Positions 38,179 to 47,830 of a stretch of DNA of 64,000 nucleotides are shown here, piece after piece. The first letter of the stretch is position 1, and each line of letters starts with the position of its first letter. The DNA is from an uncultured Bacilli bacterium (GTDB taxonomy: Bacteria > Bacillota_I > Bacilli_A > RF39 > UBA660), in the NCBI GenBank assembly GCA_934097105.1, contig CAKONI010000001.1:7204-71203 (forward strand), written 5' to 3'. The notes under the pieces were generated by a model, which worked only from the letters and a program-made list of their open reading frames with translations, did no database searches and was not told the DNA's origin. Position numbers and translations under genes: made by a program.

Positions 38179-39900
38179 CTATCTTGTACGTATTTTTTCT
38201 ATTTCTTCTTCGAATGTTGATTCGTATAATGTTCCATCTTCTGCTCTAAATACTTCTTTTACTACTTTTGGTTTTGATTCTGATGTTTTTTCGTTTTTTG
38301 TTTCATTTGTTGTTCTTTCTTGTATTTCTTCATATTTTGTTTCGTTATCAAGTCTTTCTTCTTTTTGTGCTTCTTCTCTTTGGAATAAGCCATTTTGATA
38401 TCCGACATCGTAACGTGCTCTGTAATAACTATTTGTTGATCTATAATTTTTTGCTGCTCCGGCAAGACCGTCTCTTCTTCCGTCTTCGAAACCATTTCTT
38501 GCTTCTTCGGCGTTATGTTCTACTTCGTTTTTCTTTTCTTCACTTATCTTTTCTGCTTCATCTAAAGTTGAATCTTTTTTTCCATCGCCATCTGTATCTA
38601 CGATTATGTCCCTTGCATCTGCTTCTTTTATGGCTTTTTCAACTGCTTTTCTACCAAGTCTTTTTATGGCTTGTTTTTTTGTTAGTTTTACTCTTCCGTG
38701 TTTTGTTACTACCGTATATGAACCATCTGTATTTGAAACTATTTGCATTTTAGATGATGTAATTTTTTTAATTCTTTTTGTAGTTGCTAAGTCGAAGTCT
38801 TCTCTTTCTCTATAATCTACATTTATATTTTGTCTATCCATTTCTTCAAATGCTTCGGTAGCAAGTGCTAATTTTGGATTTAATTTAGTTTCTAATTTTT
38901 GATATGCTTTTATTTTTTGAATTACTTCATTTAATACTGCATTACCCTTAACTTCATTTTGATAGTTTGTTAGAGTTTTTCCTGTTATTTTACCGTTTAT
39001 TGCTAGTGTTGTCATTGTTCCATCGTATGCGGTTAGACTTGGTGCTTCTGGATAGAATTTGTATAAGTTTGTTAAACTTTTAAGATCTGATACTTTTTCA
39101 CCATCTAGTATGGCTTGTACTTTTTTTGCAACTTTTGTATATTCTTCTCTTACATTTTCGTTATCAATTAAGAATTCTACTCCACTTGTTTTTCCAGATG
39201 CTTCGACTAGTTCTGATGAGAATCCTGCCCATTGTAGGTATAAACATAATACTAAATCACTATCTAGAACTGTTGGTATATTCTTATTTGTTCCATTTGC
39301 TATAGCATCTGCTGCTGCTACTTCTTCTGCTTTAAAGAATAATACATTGCCTTTTCCATCTGGATATTTTTCTGCTTTTTTGTTTAATTTATTTTGATAG
39401 TCATCTATTAATTGTAATCTTTTTACCCATTCTTCACCGTTTTCGTATTTTAGTAATTCGTTATAGATTCTTGCAAGTTCTGGATTTTGTTCATCTATAG
39501 TATAGTTTGACTCTTCTACATTTGGTTGCTCTTTTACTTCTTCTTTTGCTTTGCATCCAGTTAATCCATAAATTGCTCCGCCTATTCCTATTACTCCAGC
39601 GGTTACTCCTGCTACTATTCTATTTCTTTTGATTTTACTTTTTAATTTCTTGTCTGCTTGTTTTATAGATTCTACTTTTTGTCTGTAAACGTCTTCTGTG
39701 AAGGCTCTGTTGTTTCCTTTTGTGTATCTTTCTGTAAAGTTTATTCCTTTTTTGTCTAATTTCTTTTGAAGCCTATAGAAAAAGTCTACTGTACTTTCAT
39801 TTTTTTTGTTTGCATATTTTTTTCCGTCTACTACGAATCCTATTATTTTTGTTCCTTCGTTGTTATAAATTACGTCTATTGTTTGGTCATTTTTTTTCAT
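38179..39900 (-). CDS. Single-pass membrane protein (573 aa), hypothetical
   Basis: A ~95-aa cytoplasmic N-domain, then a TM helix (IVAGVTAGVIGIGGAIYGLTGC), then a large extracytoplasmic region with an acidic/charged C-terminus. Lies 19 bp upstream of the 36600..38159 gene (same strand); co-transcription plausible. Confidence 0.55.
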   Translation of the reverse strand: MKKNDQTIDVIYNNEGTKIIGFVVDGKKYANKKNESTVDFFYRLQKKLDKKGINFTERYTKGNNRAFTEDVYRQKVESIKQADKKLKSKIKRNRIVAGVTAGVIGIGGAIYGLTGCKAKEEVKEQPNVEESNYTIDEQNPELARIYNELLKYENGEEWVKRLQLIDDYQNKLNKKAEKYPDGKGNVLFFKAEEVAAADAIANGTNKNIPTVLDSDLVLCLYLQWAGFSSELVEASGKTSGVEFLIDNENVREEYTKVAKKVQAILDGEKVSDLKSLTNLYKFYPEAPSLTAYDGTMTTLAINGKITGKTLTNYQNEVKGNAVLNEVIQKIKAYQKLETKLNPKLALATEAFEEMDRQNINVDYREREDFDLATTKRIKKITSSKMQIVSNTDGSYTVVTKHGRVKLTKKQAIKRLGRKAVEKAIKEADARDIIVDTDGDGKKDSTLDEAEKISEEKKNEVEHNAEEARNGFEDGRRDGLAGAAKNYRSTNSYYRARYDVGYQNGLFQREEAQKEERLDNETKYEEIQERTTNETKNEKTSESKPKVVKEVFRAEDGTLYESTFEEEIEKIRTR

Positions 39901-40106
39901 AAATTATACCCCCTTAACAATTTGAATGGCATTATTGTATCATACTTGTTGATTTTTGTCAAATATTTTTGCTGTTTTTGATTTTTTTCTATGTTCTTTG
40001 TAATTATATTATTTACTTTTTATGTTATTAGTGTTTTTTTATGACATTTTTTTTGCTTTTTCTTTTTGGATTTTTGGTGTATAATTTTTATAAGGTAGGT
40101 GGCTTT

Positions 40107-41000
40107 ATGAATAATGATTTCAATAATGGAGAGAACAATAATTTTAATAATGACTTTAATAATGTAAATGGCAATATGAATGGAAATAATAATTTTAACA
40201 ATAACTTTAATAATGCCAATGGTAATATGAATGGAAATGGTTTTAATAACAATAATATAAGTGGTAATCCTAATTTTAATAATAATTTTAGTCATTATAA
40301 TAATAGTTTGAATACTAATAATAATGTTAATCAAGGTGAAGATAAGGTCTTTTACTACGGAAATAATGATTATGTTGAGAGAATTAAAAACCGTAACTAC
40401 AGGAAACAAAAAAAATCATTTCATGTTAGTTTGATTTCTTTTGTGGTTTTGGCTATTTCTATATTTGGTTTAGTTAAGGTATTTGATTTTAATTATATTG
40501 CAATTGGTGCTTCTGTTTTTGCTTTCTTGGTTTCTGTTTTTAATCTTAATTCTAGAAATATTATATTTATTTTATCTTCTTTAGTTAGTTTGTCCGCTAT
40601 TGTTATTTGTGCTTTGTTCTATTTTAATGTAGTTGATAATACTTCTGAGGCACTTATTCAACTTAGAAAGGATCAATATGTTTCTAGAGTAAGAAGAGTT
40701 GTTACTTATGTTGAAAAGGATTATCTTATTAATAGTTATCAAAATAAAGAGTGTTATGATTTGAATAGAATAAATGAACTTTTTACTAAAAAGGTTGTTA
40801 AAAGTCCTTTTAATAGTCTTTATTCTAGTAGTTCTTATGTTGTTATTGATGGGCCTTCTGGTAATAGAAGTTATGATATTTGTTTTGTAGATGAGAATGG
40901 AAATGGTTTTAATAATATTATTGATAAAGAACAACTTGCTAGAAAGAGAGTTAGGCTTGGCAATGCTTCTAAATGTGTTATGCCTCCTGAATGCAAATAA
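40107..41000 (+). CDS. Poly-Asn-tailed multi-TM membrane protein
   Basis: AAGGTAGGTGG RBS before the ATG at 40107; the ORF-track start at 40041 is unlikely. About 90 aa of N/F/G low-complexity sequence are followed by 3 TM helices and a ~110-aa C-terminal domain. Confidence 0.55.
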   Translation: MNNDFNNGENNNFNNDFNNVNGNMNGNNNFNNNFNNANGNMNGNGFNNNNISGNPNFNNNFSHYNNSLNTNNNVNQGEDKVFYYGNNDYVERIKNRNYRKQKKSFHVSLISFVVLAISIFGLVKVFDFNYIAIGASVFAFLVSVFNLNSRNIIFILSSLVSLSAIVICALFYFNVVDNTSEALIQLRKDQYVSRVRRVVTYVEKDYLINSYQNKECYDLNRINELFTKKVVKSPFNSLYSSSSYVVIDGPSGNRSYDICFVDENGNGFNNIIDKEQLARKRVRLGNASKCVMPPECK

Positions 41001-41003
41001 AAA

Positions 41004-41026
41004 AAGACATTTTAGATGTCTTTTTT
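41004..41026. terminator. Bidirectional terminator
   Basis: AAGACAT-TTTAG-ATGTCTT hairpin with an A-run before and a T-run after. It sits between convergent stops at 41000 and 41038. Confidence 0.5.
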
Positions 41027-41037
41027 GTTGGTTTTAT

Positions 41038-41667
41038 TTATGCAGTTTTATTTAATTTTTTTGTTTGTGTAGTTTTCGTGGTTTTCTTTGTTTGTTCTTT
41101 TGCTCTTTCTTGTTCTAGTTTTTCTCTTTGTTTTTCCATTTCTTTTTCTTGTTCTTTACTATTTTCGTTGTTTACACTGTTTACTTTTACTTTTAGTGTT
41201 CCGATAAATTTACTTTTGTTTTCTTGGCCATTTTTGTATGTTACTTTTATTTTGTATTTATGAGTTTCTCCACTTTTTATTACTACTGAGTTAAATATTG
41301 TTGAAGCAGCGATTGGTACTTGAGATTTTCCAAGACTTGCTGAGTTTTCACCTTCTCCTTCAATTGTATAAAGTAGATTGCTTTGATCTTTGAATGTGTT
41401 TTCTACTTTTGTCCAGTTTAGGCTATAGGTTGCGAATTCTTTATTATTGTTTGTTATTATTATTTCTTTTTCTTCAGTAAATTCTTTCTTTTGATTTTCT
41501 ATTTTTATTGTGTCTCCGTTTACATATTTTATTGATATTTCTTTTTGTGTTTCTTTGGTGTCTTTTTTACATGTTAGGAAGAATGCTCCGGCTCCTAGTA
41601 ATAATACTGCTATAATAATTATTATTGTTAGTTTCTTGTTTTTTTCTTTATTTTTACTCTTTTCCAT
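41038..41667 (-). CDS. Membrane-anchored hypothetical protein (209 aa)
   Basis: N-terminal KEKNKK tail, TM anchor, beta-rich ectodomain, and a Lys/Glu-rich C-tail. Confidence 0.45.
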   Translation of the reverse strand: MEKSKNKEKNKKLTIIIIIAVLLLGAGAFFLTCKKDTKETQKEISIKYVNGDTIKIENQKKEFTEEKEIIITNNNKEFATYSLNWTKVENTFKDQSNLLYTIEGEGENSASLGKSQVPIAASTIFNSVVIKSGETHKYKIKVTYKNGQENKSKFIGTLKVKVNSVNNENSKEQEKEMEKQREKLEQERAKEQTKKTTKTTQTKKLNKTA

Positions 41668-41733
41668 ACTATCTCTCCTTATTTTCTATGTTAATTATAT
41701 ACTAGTTTTTTTATTTGGTAAAGTAGTTTTTTT

Positions 41734-42267
41734 CTATTTTAGATATTTTTCTATTAATTCTTTAACATAGAAACTGTATTTTACATCATTTTCTCCGGTG
41801 TCTTGGGCTTCTAGAGAGCATATCGGAGGAAATAGTACGCACCACCAGTTGTCACCTTTTCCTTCGCCTAAAGTTACAAGAAGAGATTCGTAGTTTCCTT
41901 CTTTATATTTTACTCCTTTATAGGTTTTTTCTGGAAAATAGTGATATCCAAAGTCTACTTTGTATTTTTGATTTTTGTTTTCATTTTTTAGGACTTGGCT
42001 TACTGTATTTTCATATTTTGACATATTGTTTTTTATTATTGTTCTTGACTCGTCTATTGTTTTTGAATCTTTTAAATCATTTTCTACATCTAATTCTATG
42101 TTTGTTTTTACGTTCTTTTTTAGTAGTTGATCTTTTGGTGTATTACTATTTGGAATTATTCTTATTCTTATTGCTTCATTTGGTATTACGTAATAGTCTT
42201 GTTTGTATGTTCCGATTACGTTATATAATATTATTATTGCTAATATAAAAAGAATAAGTTTTTTCAT
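41734..42267 (-). CDS. spoIIR: Stage II sporulation protein R-like
   Basis: Signal/TM N-terminus, then IRIRIIPNSNTPKDQ (compare the SpoIIR RLHVIANSDS.EDQ motif) and GKGDNWWCVLFPPIC (compare the SpoIIR NWWCV.FPPLC motif). Bacillus-like position next to prmC-prfA. Confidence 0.6.
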   Translation of the reverse strand: MKKLILFILAIIILYNVIGTYKQDYYVIPNEAIRIRIIPNSNTPKDQLLKKNVKTNIELDVENDLKDSKTIDESRTIIKNNMSKYENTVSQVLKNENKNQKYKVDFGYHYFPEKTYKGVKYKEGNYESLLVTLGEGKGDNWWCVLFPPICSLEAQDTGENDVKYSFYVKELIEKYLK

Positions 42268-42308
42268 TTTTTATCACCTATTTAGGTAATGGTTCTTATT
42301 CTTTTTTT

Positions 42309-43109
42309 TTATTCATTTTTTATTGCAAAAACATATCTATCGTAGTTATTGTGATCTTTTTTTATTATTATTTTGTCTTGTGGTAATTCTTTTTTTATTA
42401 TTTCTTTTATTTTATTTCCTTGGCTTTCGCCAATTTCGAAGGCTATTATGTGGTTTTTGTTTATTATTTGTTTTATATTTTTTATTATTTCTTTGTAATA
42501 GAATAGGCCATTTTCTTTGGCGAATAGTGCTAGATGTGGTTCGTTTTGTTTTACTTGTTTTTCAACTGTTTTACTTTCTTTATCTATATATGGTGGGTTT
42601 GATATAATTACGTCGAATTTATCTTTTATTCCTTGATATAGATTTGTTTTTATAAATTTTATGTTTGTATTATGTATTTTTTGATTTTTTTTAGCGACTT
42701 TTAAGGCTTTTTTTGATATATCTGTGGCAGTTATTTTGGCATTTTTTAGCTCTTTTTCTAAGGTAATTGCTATTACTCCGGAGCCTGTTCCTATGTCTAA
42801 TATTTTTATTTGATTTTTTTCTTTGTTGATTAGTTTTATTGTTTGATTTACTAGTTCTTCTGTTTCTGGTCTTGGAATTAATACGTTTTTGTTTATGTAG
42901 AATTCTCTATTATAGAAATAGGCCTTTTTTAATGCTTGTTGAATTGGGGTTTGTTTGTTTAGTTTTTTTTCTATCTTTTTGTAGGCTTTTTCTTCTTGTT
43001 TTGTTAGATCTTTTTCTTTATTTATTATTAGGTTGGGAATAGAAATGTTTAAAACTTGCGCTAGGGCAAGTTTTTTTTGATTATCGTTTAATACTTCTTT
43101 AATTTTCAT
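42309..43109 (-). CDS. prmC: Release factor glutamine N5-methyltransferase
   Basis: 266 aa with the SAM motif [13 protein letters not shown] and the catalytic NPPY ([11 protein letters not shown]). Overlaps the prfA stop. Confidence 0.85.
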   Translation of the reverse strand: MKIKEVLNDNQKKLALAQVLNISIPNLIINKEKDLTKQEEKAYKKIEKKLNKQTPIQQALKKAYFYNREFYINKNVLIPRPETEELVNQTIKLINKEKNQIKILDIGTGSGVIAITLEKELKNAKITATDISKKALKVAKKNQKIHNTNIKFIKTNLYQGIKDKFDVIISNPPYIDKESKTVEKQVKQNEPHLALFAKENGLFYYKEIIKNIKQIINKNHIIAFEIGESQGNKIKEIIKKELPQDKIIIKKDHNNYDRYVFAIKNE

Positions 43110-44160
43110 TTTCTTGTAATTTTCTTTTTTGATCTTCGTTTATTAATGCTTCGATTATTTCTTCTAGTTCACCTTCGATTATTCTATCCAATTTGTTTAG
43201 TGTTAGCCCTATTCTGTGATCTGTTACTCTGTTTTGTGGATAGTTGTATGTTCTTATTTTTTCTGATCTATCTCCAGTTCCTATTTTTGTTTTTCTTTCT
43301 ATTCCTAGTTCTTCTTCTTGTTTTCTTTTTTGTTCTTCATATATTTTTGCTTTTAGTATTTGTAGTGCTTTTTCTTTGTTTTGAAGCTGACTTCTTTCGT
43401 TTTGACAGGTTACTACTATTCCTGTTGGGATGTGGGTCATTCTTACTGCTGAGTCTGTTGTGTTTACTGATTGTCCTCCGGCTCCACCACTTCGGTAAAC
43501 GTCTGTTTTTATGTCTTCTGGTTTTACTTCTATGCTGACGTTTTCTTCTTCGGGCATTATTATTACGGTTGCTGTTGAGGTGTGGATTCTTCCGCCTGAT
43601 TCGGTTGTTGGTATTCTTTGAACTCTGTGAGCACCACTTTCATATTTTAATTTTGAATATACGCCTTCTCCTTTTATTAGGCATTCTATTTGAGAGTATC
43701 CTCCGCTTTGGGAGTCTTCGGCGTTTATTATTTCAACTTTCCAGTTTTGTTTTTCTGCATATCTTTGATACATTCTGAAGAGATCTCCGGCGAAGATATT
43801 TGCTTCGTCTCCTCCGGCTGCTCCACGTATTTCCATTATTATGTTTTTATCATCGTTTTCGTCTTTTGGTAGTAGGAGAATTTCTAATTCTTCTTCTATT
43901 TTTTGTTGTTCTTGTTCTAACGATTTTAATTCTTCTTGGGCTATATCTTTTAATTCTTCATCTTTTAATAGTTCTTTATCGTCTTTTATTTGTTTTTTTA
44001 CTGTTTTGTATCTTTGATATTTGTTTACTACTTCTTCTAGTTTTCTTTGCTCTTTTGATAGTTTTGTTAGTAAATCTATGTTGTTTAATGTTTCTTTTTT
44101 TGTTAGTTCTGTTTTTATTTCTTCGTATCTTTTTTCGATTTTTTCTAATCTTTCTATCAT
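43099..44160 (-). CDS. prfA: Peptide chain release factor 1
   Basis: 353 aa with the GGQ motif ([17 protein letters not shown]) and PxT-type tripeptide region. Confidence 0.95.
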   Translation of the reverse strand: MIERLEKIEKRYEEIKTELTKKETLNNIDLLTKLSKEQRKLEEVVNKYQRYKTVKKQIKDDKELLKDEELKDIAQEELKSLEQEQQKIEEELEILLLPKDENDDKNIIMEIRGAAGGDEANIFAGDLFRMYQRYAEKQNWKVEIINAEDSQSGGYSQIECLIKGEGVYSKLKYESGAHRVQRIPTTESGGRIHTSTATVIIMPEEENVSIEVKPEDIKTDVYRSGGAGGQSVNTTDSAVRMTHIPTGIVVTCQNERSQLQNKEKALQILKAKIYEEQKRKQEEELGIERKTKIGTGDRSEKIRTYNYPQNRVTDHRIGLTLNKLDRIIEGELEEIIEALINEDQKRKLQENEN

Positions 44161-44172
44161 GATATCACCTTT

Positions 44173-44601
44173 TTAGTTTTGTTCTAGATCTTCTTCGTCT
44201 ACGATTACTAGATTTTTATATTCTTCTGCGACGTCTGGAGTGTCGTCATCGTCTGAATATAGATCTTCATTTTCTTCGTTTTCTGCCTCTTCTCCTTCGT
44301 AATCTTCTATGTCTTCATCGTAGTCTTCTAAATCTTCTTCGATTGTTAGGTTTTTACTTTTATGATTTTTTCTTAAATCCCATTTCCCATTTTCAGTTAA
44401 GATAAATCTTTTATCGTTTGTTAGTGCTGTATAGAATTCTCCGATTTTGTTATCTATTGTTTGTTTTGGAAGTTCTAGAAGTTCTGTTATTTCTGTGAAG
44501 AGATCTAGTGTGGTTTTACCTGTTTCTTTGTTTAACAAAAGATTTGCTATATCATTATATGACATTAGTTCTAATTCTGCTTTTTTTAATTTTTTTGACA
44601 T
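44173..44601 (-). CDS. rpoE: DNA-directed RNA polymerase delta subunit
   Basis: The N-terminal HARE-HTH-like region reads LELMSYNDIANLLL..FYTALTNDKRFILTENGKWDLR (compare Bacillus RpoE [22 protein letters not shown]). A ~60-aa poly-acidic C-tail follows. Confidence 0.6.
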   Translation of the reverse strand: MSKKLKKAELELMSYNDIANLLLNKETGKTTLDLFTEITELLELPKQTIDNKIGEFYTALTNDKRFILTENGKWDLRKNHKSKNLTIEEDLEDYDEDIEDYEGEEAENEENEDLYSDDDDTPDVAEEYKNLVIVDEEDLEQN

Positions 44602-44638
44602 TTTTTACACCCTTTCTTTTAATCATTATATGTTTAAT

Positions 44639-44971
44639 TTAAATTATTGTTTCTATATTTATTGATAGAAGGAAATTTGTTTGTTCTATCTGATAATTAA
44701 TAATAACTTGTTTATTGTCATTAGTCAACGATAAAATGATGAAATTATTGTGAAATTGTATGTATTCTTCTTTTAATTCATAAAATACTTCTTTGTTTTT
44801 GAAATCTAAAGTTATTTTTAGGTCTTTGTTATCTTTTTTTAGGATTAGATTTTTGTAATCAAATGTTATTAATTCTTCTTTTGTTTTTATTTTTAGGATT
44901 TCGTTATTTAGTATACCTATATTTTTTATTTTATGATTATTTATTTTTATTTCTGCGTTTACTTTTGACAT
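44639..44971 (-). CDS. Hypothetical small beta-rich protein (110 aa)
   Basis: Clean ORF upstream of rpoE. No confident family. Confidence 0.4.
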   Translation of the reverse strand: MSKVNAEIKINNHKIKNIGILNNEILKIKTKEELITFDYKNLILKKDNKDLKITLDFKNKEVFYELKEEYIQFHNNFIILSLTNDNKQVIINYQIEQTNFLLSINIETII

Positions 44972-45069
44972 TTTTTCCTCTTTTCATGGTGATTATAGCA
45001 TATTTTTGTATATATTTACATATTTTTTTTATTTTTTTTCATACTAATTTTGAAAAAGGGTGAATAGTT

Positions 45070-47019
45070 ATGAAAATATGGAAGATTTCTTTAAGAATTA
45101 TACTTGTTTTTATCGGAATTTTTGTTTGTTTTAATTTGTTTGCCTTTTTGTATGCTTTTATTACTCCGAAAATTGATATTAGTAGTGCGAATGCTTTTTC
45201 TATGTATGATAATAAGGGGGAACTTGTTTTTAAGGGAAATGGGAATGATTCTTGGACTTCTCTTTCTGATATGGGGGATAATATTATTAATGCTACGCTT
45301 AGTGTTGAGGATAAGAATTTTTATAGTCATTATGGATTTGATTTTCCTAGGATTTTTTCGGCTTCTTTTTCTAATATTACTTCTGGTAAGATTGTTTCTG
45401 GGGCTTCGACTATTACTCAGCAGTATGCTAAGAATTTGTTTTTGGATTTTGAACAGTCTTGGAAGAGGAAATGGAAAGAGATGTGGCTTACTTATGAACT
45501 TGAGGCTCATTATTCAAAGGATGAAATTCTTGAGGGTTATTTAAATAGTATTAATTATGGGCACGGAATGTATGGTATAAGTAATGCTGCGAAGTATTAT
45601 TTTGGTAAGAAAGTTAAGGATTTATCTTTGGCTGAGGCTTCGATTTTGGCGGGGATTCCTAATAGTCCGGCTGATTATTCTCCGGTTGATAATTATAAAC
45701 TTTCTAAGGAACGACAAAAAGTGGTGCTTGAAAGGATGTATAATAATGGTTATATAAGTAAGAAAGAATATAATAAGGCTTATTCTGATAAACTTGTTTT
45801 AAAGAATAAGGATTTTGGAGATGATCTTACTTCGCTTATATATTATAATAATGCCGTGATGGGGGAACTTAATAAAATTGGTACGATTCCTAATAGTTAT
45901 TTGGATACGGGGAATATTAAGATTTATACTACTCTTGATATTACTGCTCAAAGGGCTCTTGAGAGTAATATTAAAAAGGTTTCTTCGGTTGATGATTCCT
46001 TAGAGACTGCAAAGGTTATGATTAGTCCAAAGGATGGCTCAATTATTGGGCTTATTGGTGGAGTTAATTATGGAAAGAGTCAGTTTAATAGGGTAGTTAG
46101 TTCTTATAGACAACCGGGTTCTACGGTTAAACCTTTCTTGTATTATAGGGCTCTTGAGAATGGATTTACTCCAAGTACTACTTTTTTTAGCAAGAAAACT
46201 AATTTTTATTTTGATGGTAAGCGTACTTATTCTCCATCTAATTATGGGAATATTTATGCTAATAAGGAAATTTCTATGGCGGCAGCGATTGCTTATTCTG
46301 ATAATATTTATGCTGTTAAGACTCATTTATTTTTAGGTGAGGAGGAACTTTATAATACTCTTAAGTCTGTTGGAATTACTTCTAATATTGAGAAGTCTCC
46401 TTCGCTTACTCTTGGTACTTATGAGGTTAATATTGTGGAACTTGCTAAGGCTTATGCTATACTGGCTAATGGCGGTAAGGATGTTACTCCTCATCTTATT
46501 AAAAAAGTTCTTGATAATAATGGAAATGTTTTATATGAATATAGGGAAAAGAAAGAGAATTATGTTCTTAAAAGTGATGTTTCTTTTATAATAAGTGAAC
46601 TTCTTACTGGTACGTACGATACTAATTTGATTGATTATACGTATCCTACATGCATTAATATTGCTTCTAGGGCTACTCATAAGTATGCGGTTAAAAGTGG
46701 TAGTACTGATACAGATTCGTGGGTTATTGGTTATACGCCTGAAGTTGTGCTTGCTTCTTGGAGTGGTTATGATGATAATAAACCAATTTCTGCTTCGGTT
46801 AGTAATATTAATAAGGAGATGTGGGTTGATAGTATGGAGGTGTTTTTTAAGACATATGATGCTACTTGGTATAAGACTCCTAGTGATGTAGTGGGTGCTT
46901 TGGTTAATCCAATTACTGGTAATCCTGTATCTAGTAGTACAGAAAATAGAAAAATTTTATATTATCTTAAGGGCACTGAACCTTATAGAGTGGAGGTTAA
47001 TGATGATAAAAAGAGATAA
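45070..47019 (+). CDS. Class A penicillin-binding protein (transglycosylase + transpeptidase)
   Basis: N-terminal TM anchor; GT51 motifs EDKNFYSHYGFD and GASTITQQ; transpeptidase SxxK (GSTVKPF), SxN (YSDN) and KSG (VKSGST). Confidence 0.85.
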   Translation: MKIWKISLRIILVFIGIFVCFNLFAFLYAFITPKIDISSANAFSMYDNKGELVFKGNGNDSWTSLSDMGDNIINATLSVEDKNFYSHYGFDFPRIFSASFSNITSGKIVSGASTITQQYAKNLFLDFEQSWKRKWKEMWLTYELEAHYSKDEILEGYLNSINYGHGMYGISNAAKYYFGKKVKDLSLAEASILAGIPNSPADYSPVDNYKLSKERQKVVLERMYNNGYISKKEYNKAYSDKLVLKNKDFGDDLTSLIYYNNAVMGELNKIGTIPNSYLDTGNIKIYTTLDITAQRALESNIKKVSSVDDSLETAKVMISPKDGSIIGLIGGVNYGKSQFNRVVSSYRQPGSTVKPFLYYRALENGFTPSTTFFSKKTNFYFDGKRTYSPSNYGNIYANKEISMAAAIAYSDNIYAVKTHLFLGEEELYNTLKSVGITSNIEKSPSLTLGTYEVNIVELAKAYAILANGGKDVTPHLIKKVLDNNGNVLYEYREKKENYVLKSDVSFIISELLTGTYDTNLIDYTYPTCINIASRATHKYAVKSGSTDTDSWVIGYTPEVVLASWSGYDDNKPISASVSNINKEMWVDSMEVFFKTYDATWYKTPSDVVGALVNPITGNPVSSSTENRKILYYLKGTEPYRVEVNDDKKR

Positions 47020-47188
47020 AGGTGATTCATTTAATAGGGAATATTTATATTATTTGATGAATGATTTGGGACTTTTAAATGATTATGCTCTTTATGAGAT
47101 TGGAATTACTTTTGATGAGTATGATGATCCTGATGAGAGAGTTCTTGATTTAATTGAAGATTACAAAGATCAAAAAAGTAGAGATTAG
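47000..47188 (+). CDS. Small acidic protein (~62 aa), possibly YozE/UPF0346-like
   Basis: GGAGG lies 5 nt before the ATG at 47000, which overlaps the 3' end of the PBP. The ORF-track version at 46895 is an in-frame upstream extension inside the PBP gene. Family assignment is a weak by-eye guess. Confidence 0.3.
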   Translation: MMIKRDKGDSFNREYLYYLMNDLGLLNDYALYEIGITFDEYDDPDERVLDLIEDYKDQKSRD

Positions 47189-47751
47189 TTTAATATCTCT
47201 ACTTCGTCGTTTTGTTTTAAGTTGTGACCATTTGCATCGTCTGTATCTAGATGCATTTCATAATAGGATGCTTCGTTTTCTACGATATGTACGTTATATA
47301 TAATTCCGCCTTTTTCTCCTTTTATTTCTACGTTGTAAACATCTTTTGTTAAGTTCATTTCTTCTCTTTGTTTTTTTGTAATATGTATGTGTCTATTTGG
47401 AATTATGCAGGCTTTTCTAGTTATTTCTGCCTTGTCTGTTTTTATTGTTATTTCTGAGGCTCCTTCTAAAGCTCCAGATGCTCTTACTGGGGGATCTATT
47501 TTTAAGTGAATTGCATCTGTTTTTGAGATTTCTACTTGGGTATATTTTCTAAATGGTCCGACTAGGGTTACATTTTTTATTTCTTTGTCTTTGGTTTTTA
47601 TTGTTACTTTTTGATTTGATGCGAATTGTCCTGGCTGATTTATGTCTTTTTTCTTTGATATTGGTTCATCGAAAAGAATATTGTAATCTTCTTCAGTTAG
47701 ATGAATGTGTTTATTTGATATTCCTACTTTTACTTTCATTTTTATCACCAA
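47185..47751 (-). CDS. pduL: PduL-type phosphate acyltransferase (phosphotransacetylase/propanoyltransferase)
   Basis: 188 aa built from two PduL repeats: VGISNKHIHLTEED and IIPNRHIHITKKQ, plus GPFRKYTQVEIS. Confidence 0.75.
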   Translation of the reverse strand: MVIKMKVKVGISNKHIHLTEEDYNILFDEPISKKKDINQPGQFASNQKVTIKTKDKEIKNVTLVGPFRKYTQVEISKTDAIHLKIDPPVRASGALEGASEITIKTDKAEITRKACIIPNRHIHITKKQREEMNLTKDVYNVEIKGEKGGIIYNVHIVENEASYYEMHLDTDDANGHNLKQNDEVEILN

Positions 47752-47830
47752 GATAATTATATATCTTTTTTTTTATTTTTTCTAGTATATTGTTCATTTT
47801 CTTTCATATATTTTTTTGAGGTGATATGTT

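Noticed and set aside
40107-40330. Repetitive AAT-rich tract considered as a possible CRISPR or satellite array
   Set aside because: The repeats are in-frame, degenerate, and encode the poly-Asn tail of a membrane protein. There is no repeat-spacer regularity and there are no cas genes.
46895-47188. 97-aa plus-strand ORF overlapping the last 125 nt of the PBP gene
   Set aside because: The upstream portion is out-of-frame PBP sequence with a Leu/Ile-rich product. Only the downstream part, from the ATG at 47000 with its GGAGG RBS, looks like a real small gene.
47752-47830. Possible sigma-E/K sporulation promoter upstream of gerQ (CATATAT near -20)
   Set aside because: There is only a weak -10-like element and no clear -35. 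Not callable without a position-weight-matrix scan.
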